Shown here: in pieces, positions 1 to 14,885 of the stretch
How positions within the stretch are numbered: position 1 is the first letter of the stretch
How the letters are laid out: every line of letters starts with the position of its first letter
DNA from: Eledone cirrhosa
Taxonomy: Eukaryota
Assembly: GCA_964016885.1 (NCBI GenBank)
Contig: OZ024740.1
Span: 430,466,001 to 430,530,000 of the forward strand
Reading direction: 5' to 3'
DNA: 64,000 nt
Notes under the pieces: generated by a model
Databases searched by the model: none
What the model was told of the DNA's origin: nothing
Seen by the model: the letters and a program-made list of their open reading frames with translations, nothing else
Position numbers and translations under genes: made by a program

Positions 1-2145
1 GCCTCAAGTGGGAAACCTCCCGTCCAAACCCATGCAAGCGTGGAAGATGTGGAACTGGGAGGTTTTTACTGTGTTACCTACACGGCCACATTACAGCGTG
101 GGTGTGTTTTTTTGTCGTGACACCTACACGACCTCATTTGTTTCAGGCTGGATGTTGTGGTACCAACATAACTTTACATTGAAAGGGGTGGGGGTGGTGG
201 GACGGGGGTGTATTTTGTTAGAGGTGCCTACTGACTGTAGTAGGTTTCACTTTGTACTTAGGTAAGGCGGGTCTTCTCTATTACTCTGTAGCGCCAAAGG
301 TCTCGGTCCAGTGACATTGTCTTGGAGAGGTGTAAGTGTGTGAGGTCGGAATTTATCAAGTCGTCCCAGGTTTTTCTGGGTCTGCCTACTCCGTGACTTC
401 CGTCTATTTTTATTGCCCTGCACTTTTTTATACAGCTGTCGTCTTTCATGCGCATCACGTGACCATACCAACGTAGTCTTCTCTCGAGTAAACAACATCT
501 GATCCCTCTTATTTCTAATTTTTCCCTTAGTTCGTTTCTGCTTTGCCGTTCACGTATATTACTATTGCACATCCAGTGGAGCATGCAAGCTTCGTTCCTC
601 TCCAGTCTGCATATATCCTCTGCACACAATGCCCAGGTCTCACTGCCATGCAACATTGCTGTTCGTATGCAGGCATCATACAGCCTGCCTTTCATTTTTA
701 GGGAGAACCCTTTAGCGGCTAATAGTGGTATAAGCTCTCTGAACTTTTTCCATCCAGTTCTGACTCTAGCTACTGTACTTTCAGAGCACCCTCCCCCACT
801 GCTGATTTTGTCACCCAGGTAATGGAAGCTGTCCACTATTTCTATAGAACCATCTGTGCAATGGAATGAGCTAGTATTCTGTGGGCACGTGCTGCTACTT
901 ATTGCACCAGAGCACCGGCCACATATAAAATCTATGTTCTTAGTTAGCTTACCTGTGATTCCACTACATTTTTTATGCACCCATACTTTGCATTTGGGAC
1001 ATAAAATGGAGTTTCTACCTACTCCATTCCTACACACTGAGCATGGCCATTTCCAGGATGGGACCGGCGCCCTATTTTCTTTCCTACAAACTAGAACTTT
1101 AGTCTTAGACAGGTTAATTTTAAGGCCTTTTGATTCTAGGCCATGCTTCCATGTTTGGAATTTCTTCTCTAGTTCGGCCATTGATTCAGCTATGAGCGTT
1201 AGATCATCTGCGTATAGGAGTTCCCATGAGCAGCCGGTCTTGAACTCCACTGTTATAGCCTGAAGGACAATAATAAATAGTAGAGGGCTAAGAATGGAGC
1301 CCTGATGAACACCAACTTTTACGCTAAACTCTTCACTATATTCGTTGTTAATTCTAACCTTACTGACTGTTTCTCTATACATGGCTTGTATAGCTCTCAC
1401 AAGCCATTCATCAACACCTAGTTTTCTAAGAGCCCACTAGATAATGGAACGGGGGACTCTGTCGAAGGCTTTCTCCAAGTCGACAAAAGCTAAGTATAGG
1501 GGTTTACTTTTAGCTAGGTACTTCTCCTGTAGTTGTCGTACAATGAAAAGAGCCTCTGTGGTACTTTTACCTGACACAAACCCGAACTGCATTTCATCTA
1601 GATCAATTCGCTCTCTGATTAGTTGCGCTATTACTTTTTCTGTGACCTTCATGACCTGGTCGATTAATTTAATGCCTCTATAGTTACTCCTATCTAGGGC
1701 ATCTCCTTTACCCTTGTAGGAGTTAATGATGATGCTGCTACACCAGTCCTTCGGAACAACCCCATTCTGTATGACTTGGTTTACTATCCAGGTGACCATG
1801 GTGTGTCCCACTGTTCCAGAAGCTTTCAGCATTTCAGCAACTATTTCCAACGGCCCAGCCGCCTTACCTGTCTTCATATCTTTTATTGCCTTACTTATTA
1901 TACTACCTTCGACTAACACTGCTGGTCCCTCTATTGGGTCGATGTGGAGGAGACTGTCTTTCTCCCATTTATTCTCCTCATTTAGTAGCCTTTAGTAGTG
2001 ACACTTCCAAGCTACCTTCTTATCAGCGTCAGTGATAGCAAGTACACCATCATCATTAAGGACACACTTCTCCCCGACAATATCACGGTTTTCCTTGACA
2101 CATTGCCTAGCAATCCTGAAGACCTCACGTTTTTGGTCCTCGCGT
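1..2145 (-). mobile_element. RTE-clade LINE, family B, 5'-truncated and inactivated; 3' tail lies outside the window
   Basis: ORFs 258-1400 and 1437-1919 encode RT (AFVDLEKAFD, HQGS, LLYADD), split by a Trp>stop near 1438 with another stop near 1992. The 3' UTR matches the copies at 34.2 kb and 42 kb. Confidence 0.93.
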
Positions 2146-3388
2146 ATATATGTAAAGATGGCTGACAAGTAATAACAAGTTGAGGGGGAGATGTGATCAT
2201 ATATATATGTAAAGATGGCTGACAAGTAATAACAAGTTGAGGGGAGATGTGATCATATATATATATGTAAAGATAGCTGACAAGTAATTACAAGTTGAGG
2301 GGAGATGTGATCATATATGTATATAAAGATGGCTGAAAAGTAATAACAAGTTGAGGGGAGATGTGATCATATATATATGTAAAGATGGCTGACAAGTAAT
2401 AACAAGTTGAGGGGAGATGTGATCATATATGTATATAAAGATGGCTGACAAGTAATAACAAGTTGAGGGGAGATGTGATCATATATATATATGTAAAGAT
2501 GGCTGACAAGTAATAACAAGTTGAGGGGAGATGTGATCATATATATATGTAAAGATGGCTGACAAGTAATTACAAGTTGAGGGGAGATGTGATCATATAT
2601 GTATATAAAGATGGCTGACAAGTAATAAGTTGAGGGGAGATGTGATCATATATATATATGTAAAGATGGCTGACAAGTAATAACAAGTTGAGGGGAGATG
2701 TGATCATATATATATGTAAAGATGGCTGACAAGTAATAACAAGTTGAGGGGAGATGTGATCATATATATATGTAAAGATGGCTGACAAGTAATAACAAGT
2801 TGAGGGGAGATGTGATCATATATATATGTAAAGATAGCTGACAAGTAATAACAAGTGGAGGGGAGATGTGATCATATATATATGTAAAGATGGCTGAAAA
2901 GTAATAACAAGTTGAGGGGAGATGTGATCATATATATATGTAAAGATGGCTGACAAGTAATTACAAGTTGAGGGGAGATGTGATCATATATATATATGTA
3001 AAGATGGCTGACAAGTAATAACAAGTTGAGGGGAGATGTGATCATATATATATGTAAAGATGGCTGACAAGTAATTACAAGTTGAGGGGAGATGTGATCA
3101 TATATATATATGTAAAGATGGCTGACAAGTAATAACAAGTTGAGGGGAGATGTGATCATATATATATGTAAAGATGGCTGACAAGTAATTACAAGTTGAG
3201 GGGAGATGTGATCATATATATATATGTAAAGATGGCTGACAAGTAATAACAAGTTGAGGGGAGATGTGATCATATATATATGTAAAGATGGCTGACAAGT
3301 AATTACAAGTTGAAGGGAGATCATATCTCCCCTCAACTTGTAATTACTTGTCAGCCATCTTTACATATATATATGATCACATTTCCTC
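2146..3388. repeat. Minisatellite, ~56-58 bp unit, ~20 copies, ending in one inverted unit
   Basis: Unit (AT)nGTAAAGATGGCTGACAAGTAATAACAAGTTGAGGGGAGATGTGATC; reverse-complement unit at ~3325-3388. Confidence 0.95.
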
Positions 3389-3422
3389 CTTAGCTAAATT
3401 GGTATTTTATATTCTTGTATAG

Positions 3423-4003
<581 letters not shown>

Positions 4004-4034
4004 ACAATTATGTCAGATTCAATTTGTATATATG

Positions 4035-4475
4035 TGTAGATGAGAGACAGGAGGTGTTCTGCATTACAAGACAGTGGATCAGGGTGTTGGGGGAAAAGTG
4101 TGTTAGAAATGACTCCAGTGCACTTAACATCACTTGTTCTCAAAAGAAAGAGGCTTGGAAATGTTACTATGAGAGATTGATGAATGGGGGGAAGAGAGAC
4201 TACCGCCAACTTACCAGACAGAAGGACCGACCAACTATTGAAGTTGACAGTCTTAAGGTCAAAGAAGCAATCAAGGATATGAAGAATGGTAAAGCCACAA
4301 GAGCATCAGAGATAGTTGCCGAGATGCTAAAAGTGTTGGGAAAAGTAAAACGTGAACTGCATTGTCAATCAAGTAATACAAAATAGAGTCTACCGAATGA
4401 CTGGCGCAGGAGTACAATAATAAATTACTCTAAGAAGGAGCAACTGAAAACGAATAAAACTACTGGACCAAGTTG
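4035..4475 (+). mobile_element. Old degenerate RTE fragment
   Basis: Translates to RQEVFCITRQ...GEKCVRND...AWKCYYERLMN...AIKDMKNGKA...EIVAEMLK, homologous to the RTE ORF. Confidence 0.8.
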
Positions 4476-4884
4476 TTACTAAACATTTTAGTTCAATATC
4501 TCCCCAACCACTTATCCTGCCCATTTCTTCCTATAACCATAGAGTGCCTCACTTAACTTTTAGAATCCTCTAATGATATAGCAGAAAATGTCTAAAAACA
4601 GATTAGTTAATTCTAATGTTTATAGTATCTTTACTAATGGACAGAACCTTGTGAAAATTTACAGTAAACTAATAACTTTAATTTACAAGAATGTCTTGCT
4701 AATGCTGTTTCAAGTGGTACAGGATATCAAGAGTTAAACACAATTTTACGTGCTCCTATAATTGTATTCCCCTGTGACTCATTCCTTTCCAGTGTTTTCC
4801 TAAAGTAGACTGCTAAAGGTACCCAATCACCTAAATTCGTTGGACAAATGCTAAGCAACATTTGTTTCAACTCTTTATATCCTA

Positions 4885-5015
4885 CTGAGGTCAACTTTGC
4901 CTATTGTCCTTCTGAGATTGATAAAATGAAGTACCAGTGATGCACTGGGATTGATGTAATCAGCTGTCTCCTCCCCGAAAAATTGCTGGCCTTGTCCCTA
5001 AATCAGAAACCATTA
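4885..5015. mobile_element. Fragment of a second SINE-like family
   Basis: GAGGTCAACTTTGCC...GATAAAATGAAGTACCAGT...TGCTGGCCTTGT is the reverse complement of copies at 60010, 61620 and 61860; another copy lies at ~46810-46935. Confidence 0.6.
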
Positions 5016-5084
5016 TAATCCCTTTTAATGTCTGCTTTCCATCTAAATGGGTCAAATGATTTTGTTTTGTTCCAACATTTTCCT

Positions 5085-5250
5085 ATGTGACATAATCTAC
5101 CGCCACCACCTTAATACAACTCAGTCCAACTCTATCCTATGTAACATCACCTGCCACCCCACCTCAGTCCAACTCTGTGACATCACTTGCCACCCCACCT
5201 CAGTCCAACTCTATGTGACATCACCTGCCACCCCACCTCAGTCCAACTCT
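5085..5250. repeat. Short tandem repeat, ~36-40 bp x4
   Basis: TGTGACATCACCTGCCACCCCACCTCAGTCCAACTC repeated. Confidence 0.8.
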
Positions 5251-5294
5251 ACCAATATAAAATGAGGGATTAGTGTTTGTTGTATTTGTAAATG

Positions 5295-8200
5295 TTAACT
5301 ATTAGTCTTAATCTATGACACTTCATTAACTATTAGTCTTAATCTATGACACTTCATTAACTATTAGTCTTAATCTATGACACTTCATTAACTAGTAGTC
5401 TTAATCTATGACACTTCATTAACTATTAGTCTTAATCTATGACACTTCATTAACTATTAGTCTTAATCTATGACACTTCATTAACTAGTAGTCTTAATCT
5501 ATGACACTTCATTAACTATTAGTCTTAATCTATGACACTTCATTAACTAGTAGTCTTAATCTATGACATTTCATTAACTATTAGTCTTAATCTATGACAC
5601 TTCATTAACTATTAGTCTTAATCTATGACACTTCATTAACTATTAGTCTTAATCTATGACACTTCATTAACTATTAGTCTTAATCTATGACACTTCATTA
5701 ACTAGTAGTCTTAATCTATGACACTTCATTAACTAAGTCTTAATCTATGACACTTCATTAACTATTCGTCTTAATCTATGACACTTCATTAACTATTCGT
5801 CTTAATCTATGACACTTCATTAACTATTAGTCTTAATCTATGACACTTCATTAACTATTAGTCTTAATCTATGACACTTCATTAACTATTAGTCTTAATC
5901 TATGACACTTCATTAACTATTAGTCTTAATCTATGACACTTCATTAACTATTAGTCTTAATCTATGACACTTCATTAACTATTAGTCTTAATCTATGACA
6001 CTTCATTAACTAGTAGTCTTAATCTATGACACTTCATTAACTATTAGTCTTAATCTATGACACTTCATAAACTAGTAGTCTTAATCTATGACACTTCATT
6101 AACTAGTAGTCTTAATCTATGACACTTCATTAACTATTAGTCTTAATCTATGACACTTCATTAACTAGTAGTCTTAATCTATGACATTTCATTAACTAGT
6201 AGTCTTAATCTATGACACTTCATTAACTGGTAGTCTTAATCTATGACACTTCATTAACTAGTAGTCTTAATCTATGACACTTCATTAACTATTCGTCTTA
6301 ATCTATGACACTTCATTAACTATTAGTCTTAATCTATGACACTTCATTAACTATTCGTCTTAATCTATGACACTTCATTAACTATTAGTCTTAATCTATG
6401 ACACTTCATTAACTATTAGTCTTAATCTATGACACTTCATTAACTATTAGTCTTAATCTATGACACTTCATTAACTATTAGTCTTAATCTATGACACTTC
6501 ATTAACTATTAGTCTTAATCTATGACACTTCATTAACTATTAGTCTTAATCTATGACACTTCATTAACTAGTAGTCTTAATCTATGACACTTCATTAACT
6601 ATTAGTCTTAATCTATGACACTTCATTAACTATTAGTCTTAATCTATGACACTTCATTAACTATTAGTCTTAATCTATGACACTTCATTAACTAGTAGTC
6701 TTAATCTATGACACTTCATTAACTATTAGTCTTAATCTATGACACTTCATAAACTAGTAGTCTTAATCTATGACACTTCATTAACTAGTAGTCTTAATCT
6801 ATGACACATCATTAACTATTAGTCTTAATCTATGACACTTCATTAACTAGTAGTCTTAATCTATGACATTTCATTAACTAGTAGTCTTAATCTGACACTT
6901 CATTAACTAGTAGTCTTAATCTATGACACTTCATTAACTAGTAGTCTTAATCTATGACACTTCATTAACTATTCGTCTTAATCTATGACACTTCATTAAC
7001 TATTAGTCTTAATCTATGACACTTCATTAACTATTAGTCTTAATCTATGACACTTCATTAACTAGTAGTCTTAATCTATGACACTTCATTAACTATTAGT
7101 CTTAATCTATGACACTTCATTAACTATTAGTCTTAATCTATGACACTTCATTAACTATTAGTCTTAATCTATGACACTTCATTAACTAGTAGTCTTAATC
7201 TATGACACTTCATTAACTATTAGTCTTAATCTATGACACTTCATTAAATAGTAGTCTTAATCTATGACACTTCATTAACTATTAGTCTTAATCTATGACA
7301 CTTCATTAACTATTAGTCTTAATCTATGACACTTCATTAACTAGTAGTCTTAATCTATGACACTTCATTAACTATTCGTCTTAATCTATGACACTTCATT
7401 AACTATTAGTCTTAATCTATGACACTTCATTAACTATTAGTCTTAATCTATGACACTTCATTAACTATTAGTCTTAATCTATGACACTTTATTAACTAGT
7501 AGTCTTAATCTATGACACTTCATTGACTATTAGTCTTAATCTATGACACTTCATTAACTATTAGTCTTAATCTGACACTTCATTAACTATTAGTCTTAAT
7601 CTATGACACTTCATTAACTAGTAGTCTTAATCTATGACACTTCATTAACTAGTAGTCTTAATCTATGACATTTCATTAACTATTAGTCTTAATCTATGAC
7701 ACTTCATTAACTAGTAGTTTTAATCTATGACACTTCATTAACTATTAGTCTTAATCTATGACACTTCATTAACTATTAGTCTTAATCTATGACACTTCAT
7801 TAACTATTAGTCTTAATCTATGACACTTCATTAACTAGTAGTCTTAATCTATGACACTTCATTAACTATTAGTCTTAATCTATGACACTTCATTAACTAT
7901 TAGTCTTAATCTATGACACTTCATTAACTAGTAGTCTTAATCTATGACATTTCATTAACTATTAGTCTTAATCTATGACACTTCATTAACTAGTAGTTTT
8001 AATCTATGACACTTCATTAACTATTAGTCTTAATCTATGACACTTCATTAACTATTAGTCTTAATCTATGACACTTCATTAACTAGTAGTCTTAATCTAT
8101 GACATTTCATTAACTAGTAGTCTTAATCTATGACACTTCATTAACTATTAGTCTTAATCTATGACACTTCATTAACTATTAGTCTTAATCTATGACACTT

Positions 8201-11200
8201 CATTAACTAGTAGTCTTAATCTATGACATTTCATTAACTATTAGTCTTAATCTATGACACTTCATTAACTATTAGTCTTAATCTATGACACTTCATTAAC
8301 TATTAGTCTTAATCTATGACACTTCATTAACTAGTAGTCTTAATCTATGACATTTCATTAACTATTAGTCTTAATCTATGACACTTCATTAACTAGTAGT
8401 TTTAATCTATGACACTTCATTAACTATTAGTCTTAATCTATGACACTTCATTAACTATTAGTCTTAATCTATGACACTTCATTAACTAGTAGTCTTAATC
8501 TATGACATTTCATTAACTAGTAGTCTTAATCTATGACACTTCATTAACTATTAGTCTTAATCTATGACACTTCATTAACTAGTAGTCTTAATCTATGACA
8601 CTTCATTAACTATTAGTCTTAATCTATGACACTTCATTAACTAGTAGTCTTAATCTATGACACTTCATTAACTATTAGTCTTAATCTATGACACTTCATA
8701 AACTAGTAGTCTTAATCTATGACACTTCATTAACTAGTAGTCTTAATCTATGACACATCATTAACTATTAGTCTTAATCTATGACACTTCATTAACTAGT
8801 AGTCTTAATCTATGACATTTCATTAACTAGTAGTCTTAATCTGACACTTCATTAACTAGTAGTCTTAATCTATGACACTTCATTAACTAGTAGTCTTAAT
8901 CTATGACACTTCATTAACTATTCGTCTTAATCTATGACACTTCATTAACTATTAGTCTTAATCTATGACACTTCATTAACTATTAGTCTTAATCTATGAC
9001 ACTTCATTAACTAGTAGTCTTAATCTATGACACTTCATTAACTATTAGTCTTAATCTATGACACTTCATTAACTATTAGTCTTAATCTATGACACTTCAT
9101 TAACTATTAGTCTTAATCTATGACACTTCATTAACTAGTAGTCTTAATCTATGACACTTCATTAACTATTAGTCTTAATCTATGACACTTCATTAAATAG
9201 TAGTCTTAATCTATGACACTTCATTAACTATTAGTCTTAATCTATGACACTTCATTAACTATTAGTCTTAATCTATGACACTTCATTAACTAGTAGTCTT
9301 AATCTATGACACTTCATTAACTATTCGTCTCAATCTATGACACTTCATTAACTATTAGTCTTAATCTATGACACTTCATTAACTATTAGTCTTAATCTAT
9401 GACACTTCATTAACTATTAGTCTTAATCTATGACACTTTATTAACTAGTAGTCTTAATCTATGACACTTCATTGACTATTAGTCTTAATCTATGACACTT
9501 CATTAACTATTAGTCTTAATCTGACACTTCATTAACTATTAGTCTTAATCTATGACACTTCATTAACTAGTAGTCTTAATCTATGACACTTCATTAACTA
9601 GTAGTCTTAATCTATGACATTTCATTAACTATTAGTCTTAATCTATGACACTTCATTAACTAGTAGTTTTAATCTATGACACTTCATTAACTATTAGTCT
9701 TAATCTATGACACTTCATTAACTATTAGTCTTAATCTATGACACTTCATTAACTATTAGTCTTAATCTATGACACTTCATTAACTAGTAGTCTTAATCTA
9801 TGACACTTCATTAACTATTAGTCTTAATCTATGACACTTCATTAACTATTAGTCTTAATCTATGACACTTCATTAACTAGTAGTCTTAATCTATGACATT
9901 TCATTAACTATTAGTCTTAATCTATGACACTTCATTAACTAGTAGTTTTAATCTATGACACTTCATTAACTATTAGTCTTAATCTATGACACTTCATTAA
10001 CTATTAGTCTTAATCTATGACACTTCATTAACTAGTAGTCTTAATCTATGACATTTCATTAACTAGTAGTCTTAATCTATGACACTTCATTAACTATTAG
10101 TCTTAATCTATGACACTTCATTAACTATTAGTCTTAATCTATGACACTTCATTAACTAGTAGTCTTAATCTATGACATTTCATTAACTATTAGTCTTAAT
10201 CTATGACACTTCATTAACTATTAGTCTTAATCTATGACACTTCATTAACTATTAGTCTTAATCTATGACACTTCATTAACTAGTAGTCTTAATCTATGAC
10301 ATTTCATTAACTATTAGTCTTAATCTATGACACTTCATTAACTAGTAGTTTTAATCTATGACACTTCATTAACTATTAGTCTTAATCTATGACACTTCAT
10401 TAACTATTAGTCTTAATCTATGACACTTCATTAACTAGTAGTCTTAATCTATGACATTTCATTAACTAGTAGTCTTAATCTATGACACTTCATTAACTAT
10501 TAGTCTTAATCTATGACACTTCATTAACTAGTAGTCTTAATCTATGACACTTCATTAACTAGTAGTCTTAATCTATGACACTTCATTAACTAGTAGTCTT
10601 AATCTATGACACTTCATTAACTAGTAGTCTTAATCTATGACATTTCATTAACTATTAGTCTTAATCTATGACACTTCATTAACTAGTAGTCTTAATCTAT
10701 GACACTTCATTAACTAGTAGTCTTAATCTATGACACTTCATTAACTATTAGTCGTAATCTATGACACTTCATTAACTAGTAGTCTTAATCTATGACACTT
10801 CATTAACTATTAGTCTTAATCTATGACACTTCATTAACTAGTAGTTTTAATCTATGACACTTCATTAACTATTAGTCTTAATCTATGACACTTCATTAAC
10901 TATTAGTCTTAATCTATGACACTTCATTAACTAGTAGTCTTAATCTATGACATTTCATTAACTAGTAGTCTTAATCTATGACACTTCATTAACTATTAGT
11001 CTTAATCTATGACACTTCATTAACTAGTAGTCTTAATCTATGACACTTCATTAACTAGTAGTCTTAATCTGACACTTCATTAACTAGTAGTCTTAATCTA
11101 TGACATTTCATTAACTATTAGTCTTAATCTATGACACTTCATTAACTAGTAGTCTTAATCTATGACACTTCATAAACTAGTAGTCTTAATCTATGACATT

Positions 11201-13035
11201 TCATTAACTATTAGTCTTAATCTATGACACTTCATTAACTATTAGTCTTAATCTATGACACTTCATAAACTAGTAGTCTTAATCTATGACATTTCATTAA
11301 CTATTAGTCTTAATCTATGACACTTCATTAACTAGTAGTCTTAATCTATGACACTTCATTAACTAGTAGTCTTAATCTATGACATTTCATTAACTATTAG
11401 TCTTAATCTATGACACTTCATTAACTAGTAGTCTTAATCTATGACACTTCATAAACTAGTAGTCTTAATCTATGACATTTCATTAACTATTAGTCTTAAT
11501 CTATGACACTTCATTAACTATTAGTCTTAATCTATGACACTTCATTAACTAGTAGTCTTAATCTATGACACTTCATTAACTAGTAGTCTTAATCTATGAC
11601 ACTTCATTAACTATTAGTCTTAATCTATGACACTTCATTAACTATTAGTCTTAATCTATGACACTTCATTAACTAGTAGTCTTAATCTATGACATTTCAT
11701 TAACTATTAGTCTTAATCTATGACACTTCATTAACTAGTAGTTTTAATCTATGACACTTCATTAACTATTAGTCTTAATCTATGACACTTCATTAACTAT
11801 TAATCTTAATCTATGACACTTCATTAACTAGTAGTCTTAATCTATCACATTTCATTAACTAGTAGTCTTAATCTATGACACTTCATTAACTATTAGTCTT
11901 AATCTATGACACTTCATTAACTATTAGTCTTAATCTATGACACTTCATTAACTAGTAGTCTTAATCTATGACATTTCATTAACTATTAGTCTTAATCTAT
12001 GACACTTCATTAACTATTAGTCTTAATCTATGACACTTCATTAACTAGTAGTCTTAATCTATGACACTTCATTAACTATTAGTCTTAATCTATGACACTT
12101 CATTAACTATTAGTCTTAATCTATGACACTTCATTAACTATTAGTCTTAATCTATGACACTTCATTAACTAGTAGTCTTAATCTATGACATTTCATTAAC
12201 TATTAGTCTTAATCTATGACACTTCATTAACTAGTAGTTTTAATCTATGACACTTCATTAACTATTAGTCTTAATCTATGACACTTCATTAACTATTAGT
12301 CTTAATCTATGACACTTCATTAACTAGTAGTCTTAATCTATGACATTTCATTAACTAGTAGTCTTAATCTATGACACTTCATTAACTATTAGTCTTAATC
12401 TATGACACTTCATTAACTAGTAGTCTTAATCTATGACACTTCATTAACTAGTAGTCTTAATCTATGACACTTCATTAACTAGTAGTCTTAATCTATGACA
12501 CTTCATTAACTAGTAGTCTTAATCTATGACATTTCATTAACTATTAGTCTTAATCTATGACACTTCATTAACTAGTAGTCTTAATCTATGACACTTCATT
12601 AACTAGTAGTCTTAATCTATGACACTTCATTAACTATTAGTCTTAATCTATGACACTTCATTAACTATTAGTCTTAATCTATGACACTTCATTAACTAGT
12701 AGTCTTAATCTATGACATTTCATTAACTATTAGTCTTAATCTATGACACTTCATTAACTAGTAGTTTTAATCTATGACACTTCATTAACTATTAGTCTTA
12801 ATCTATGACACTTCATTAACTAGTAGTCTTAATCTATGACACTTCATAAACTAGTAGTCTTAATCTATGACATTTCATTAACTATTAGTCTTAATCTATG
12901 ACACTTCATTAACTATTAGTCTTAATCTATGACACTTCATAAACTAGTAGTCTTAATCTATGACATTTCATTAACTATTAGTCTTAATCTATGACACTTC
13001 ATTAACTAGTAGTCTTAATCTATGACACTTCATTA
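5295..13035. repeat. 31-bp satellite, ~250 copies, abutting the exon B acceptor
   Basis: Unit TTAACTA(T/G)TAGTCTTAATCTATGACACTTCA, highly homogeneous. Confidence 0.99.
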
Positions 13036-13038
13036 CAG

Positions 13039-13196
13039 GTTATGGCAAGACAGTGAGTCATGTGATAATTGGTCTAAAAACTGCAAAAGGAACAAAACAA
13101 CTAAAATTAGATCCATCCATCTTTGAGAGTTTACAAAAAGAAAAGGTTGAAGTCGGTGATGTGATCTACATTGAATCAAACAGTGGCGCTGTAAAA
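13039..13196 (+). CDS. RUVBL1: RUVBL1 exon B
   Basis: cattacAG|GT TAT GGC AAG. Encodes (G)[52 protein letters not shown]; donor GTAAG at 13197; phase fits exon A. Confidence 0.97.
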
Positions 13197-13211
13197 GTAA
13201 GCTGAATTTAA

Positions 13212-14667
13212 CCCTTTAGCATTCACATTGAATTGTCAAATGTCATGTTCATCTATTTGCATTATTTTCACTTAATTATACTCAAGAGGGTTATCAATTT
13301 TATTTGTTTGTAATTACTTTAATTTTCTATGTGCACACTTGAAATTTTGTCAGTAGATGTTTAAATAACTATAATTTACAATTATATATTTTTACCTGAT
13401 TTTTTTTGTTAAATTTGACTTTTATGGGCAAGTGAAATTAATTAACAGGTGTAAAAGTAATAACTTTATGGATAAACACAAAAATTTAAACTTTATCTGC
13501 CTTACCTGTTAGATTTGTTGCAAAAAAATCCAATAATGACCTAGATGCTGATTTCCATCAATTCTAGCAGTTTTCTGAACAGGTGAATTAATTAAAAATG
13601 CAGGTGTAATCAGTACACGGTTTTAGTCTTTCTCTACATTCCAGGCAAATATTTTCATTGAAAAAAATGTATAAAACCTTTTCACCGGTCAAAATAATAT
13701 TGGCAATGTACTCTGTAAAATTACGTAATAGAAAGTTCCCAATATATAAGTTTATACACACTTTTAAATTTTTCTGACAATATTTTAATTAATGGTCGTA
13801 CTTTGTACAGTGGGTCGTAATTTGATTCATTTCTACCAGGGGCATTTGAAGTATCAACCAGATGCAAATACTGGTTTAATTTAATGAATCTCGTTTTTGC
13901 CATAATACTAGATATATAAGGGTCACCAAACCTTATATCAGTACTCCAATAATTCCACAGTCGTGGAAATTGTTTAATACCAAACATAATATTTATGGTA
14001 AAAAACGCTTTCATTTCGGCAGAATCTGTCGGACAACATAACAGATCGGGTTTTCCGATATTAGAAATTTGTTGTTGTGCATAGCGATTTGCCACAACTT
14101 CGAAGAAAGATTGTGGTAAAAATAAAAAATAATAATCCAGTGCTTTAGCATCGGGTGGTAATGTGTGTTGTGGTCCAATATTTTCAGTAAAATCCGAAAC
14201 ATGTATCGATGTTGTTTCTTTCAACCACGTTGCTATTTTTTCAATGGTGTCAGTCAAATCTTCTCTTTCACTTTCAAAGTAACTATCATCATTATCAGAT
14301 ATATCAGAAATAAATATATCTGATTCGTTTGAAGATAAATCACTGATATTATCTTCTGTTTCCTTTTGATCTCGAATGTCGTCGGACGTAAAACCTTCAA
14401 ATTCGTTGTCGCTACTTTCGGAAGCCATGTTACACTTTCAACGTTAAAAACACGTGTTATCGCAAGTTCTTTAACTATACTAAGAGTTAATTTTCGCGCG
14501 TAAGGGCTTTATCTCGCAGTAATCTCGAATTGACGAGATTTCGATGATGTCAATGTTTATTTTTAGAAGGAAATCTCCGTGTGGTATTAAATGTCGGTTT
14601 TTGTCGGTTTGAATAAATGAAAGGGGACATAATTTTGTCGGTTTTTGTCGCTTTGAACGCTAAAGGG
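13212..14667 (-). mobile_element. Non-autonomous, internally deleted piggyBac element
   Basis: TTAA at 13208-13211 and 14668-14671; TIR CCCTTTAGC(A/G)TTCA; 235-aa ORF (13721-14428) is the N-terminal part of the 558-aa transposase. Confidence 0.95.
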
Positions 14668-14689
14668 TTAATATCAAATATGTGTTTAT

Positions 14690-14885
14690 GTGTGTACTGG
14701 TGTAAACCTTCTATTGAGGTGTAGCCCTTAATGTTGTGTGTGTGTGTGTGTACTGGTGTAAGGCTTCCATTGAGGTGTAGCTCTTAATGTGTGTGTGTGA
14801 GTACTGGTGTAAACCTTCTATTGAGGTGTAGCCCTTAATGTGTGTGTGTACTAGTGTAAGGCTTCCATTGAGGTGTAGCCCTTAA
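14690..14885. repeat. ~45-55 bp tandem repeat x4 with (GT)n
   Basis: GTACTGGTGTAA(ACC/GGC)TTC(T/C)ATTGAGGTGTAGCCCTTAATG in two alternating variants. Confidence 0.8.

Noticed and set aside
2367-3336. Repetitive ORFs (MITSPLNLLLLVSHLYIYI)
   Set aside because: Translations of the 57-bp minisatellite.
5295-13035. CRISPR-like appearance of the ~30-bp repeats
   Set aside because: Head-to-tail units with no spacers, no cas genes and a spliceosomal-intron context.
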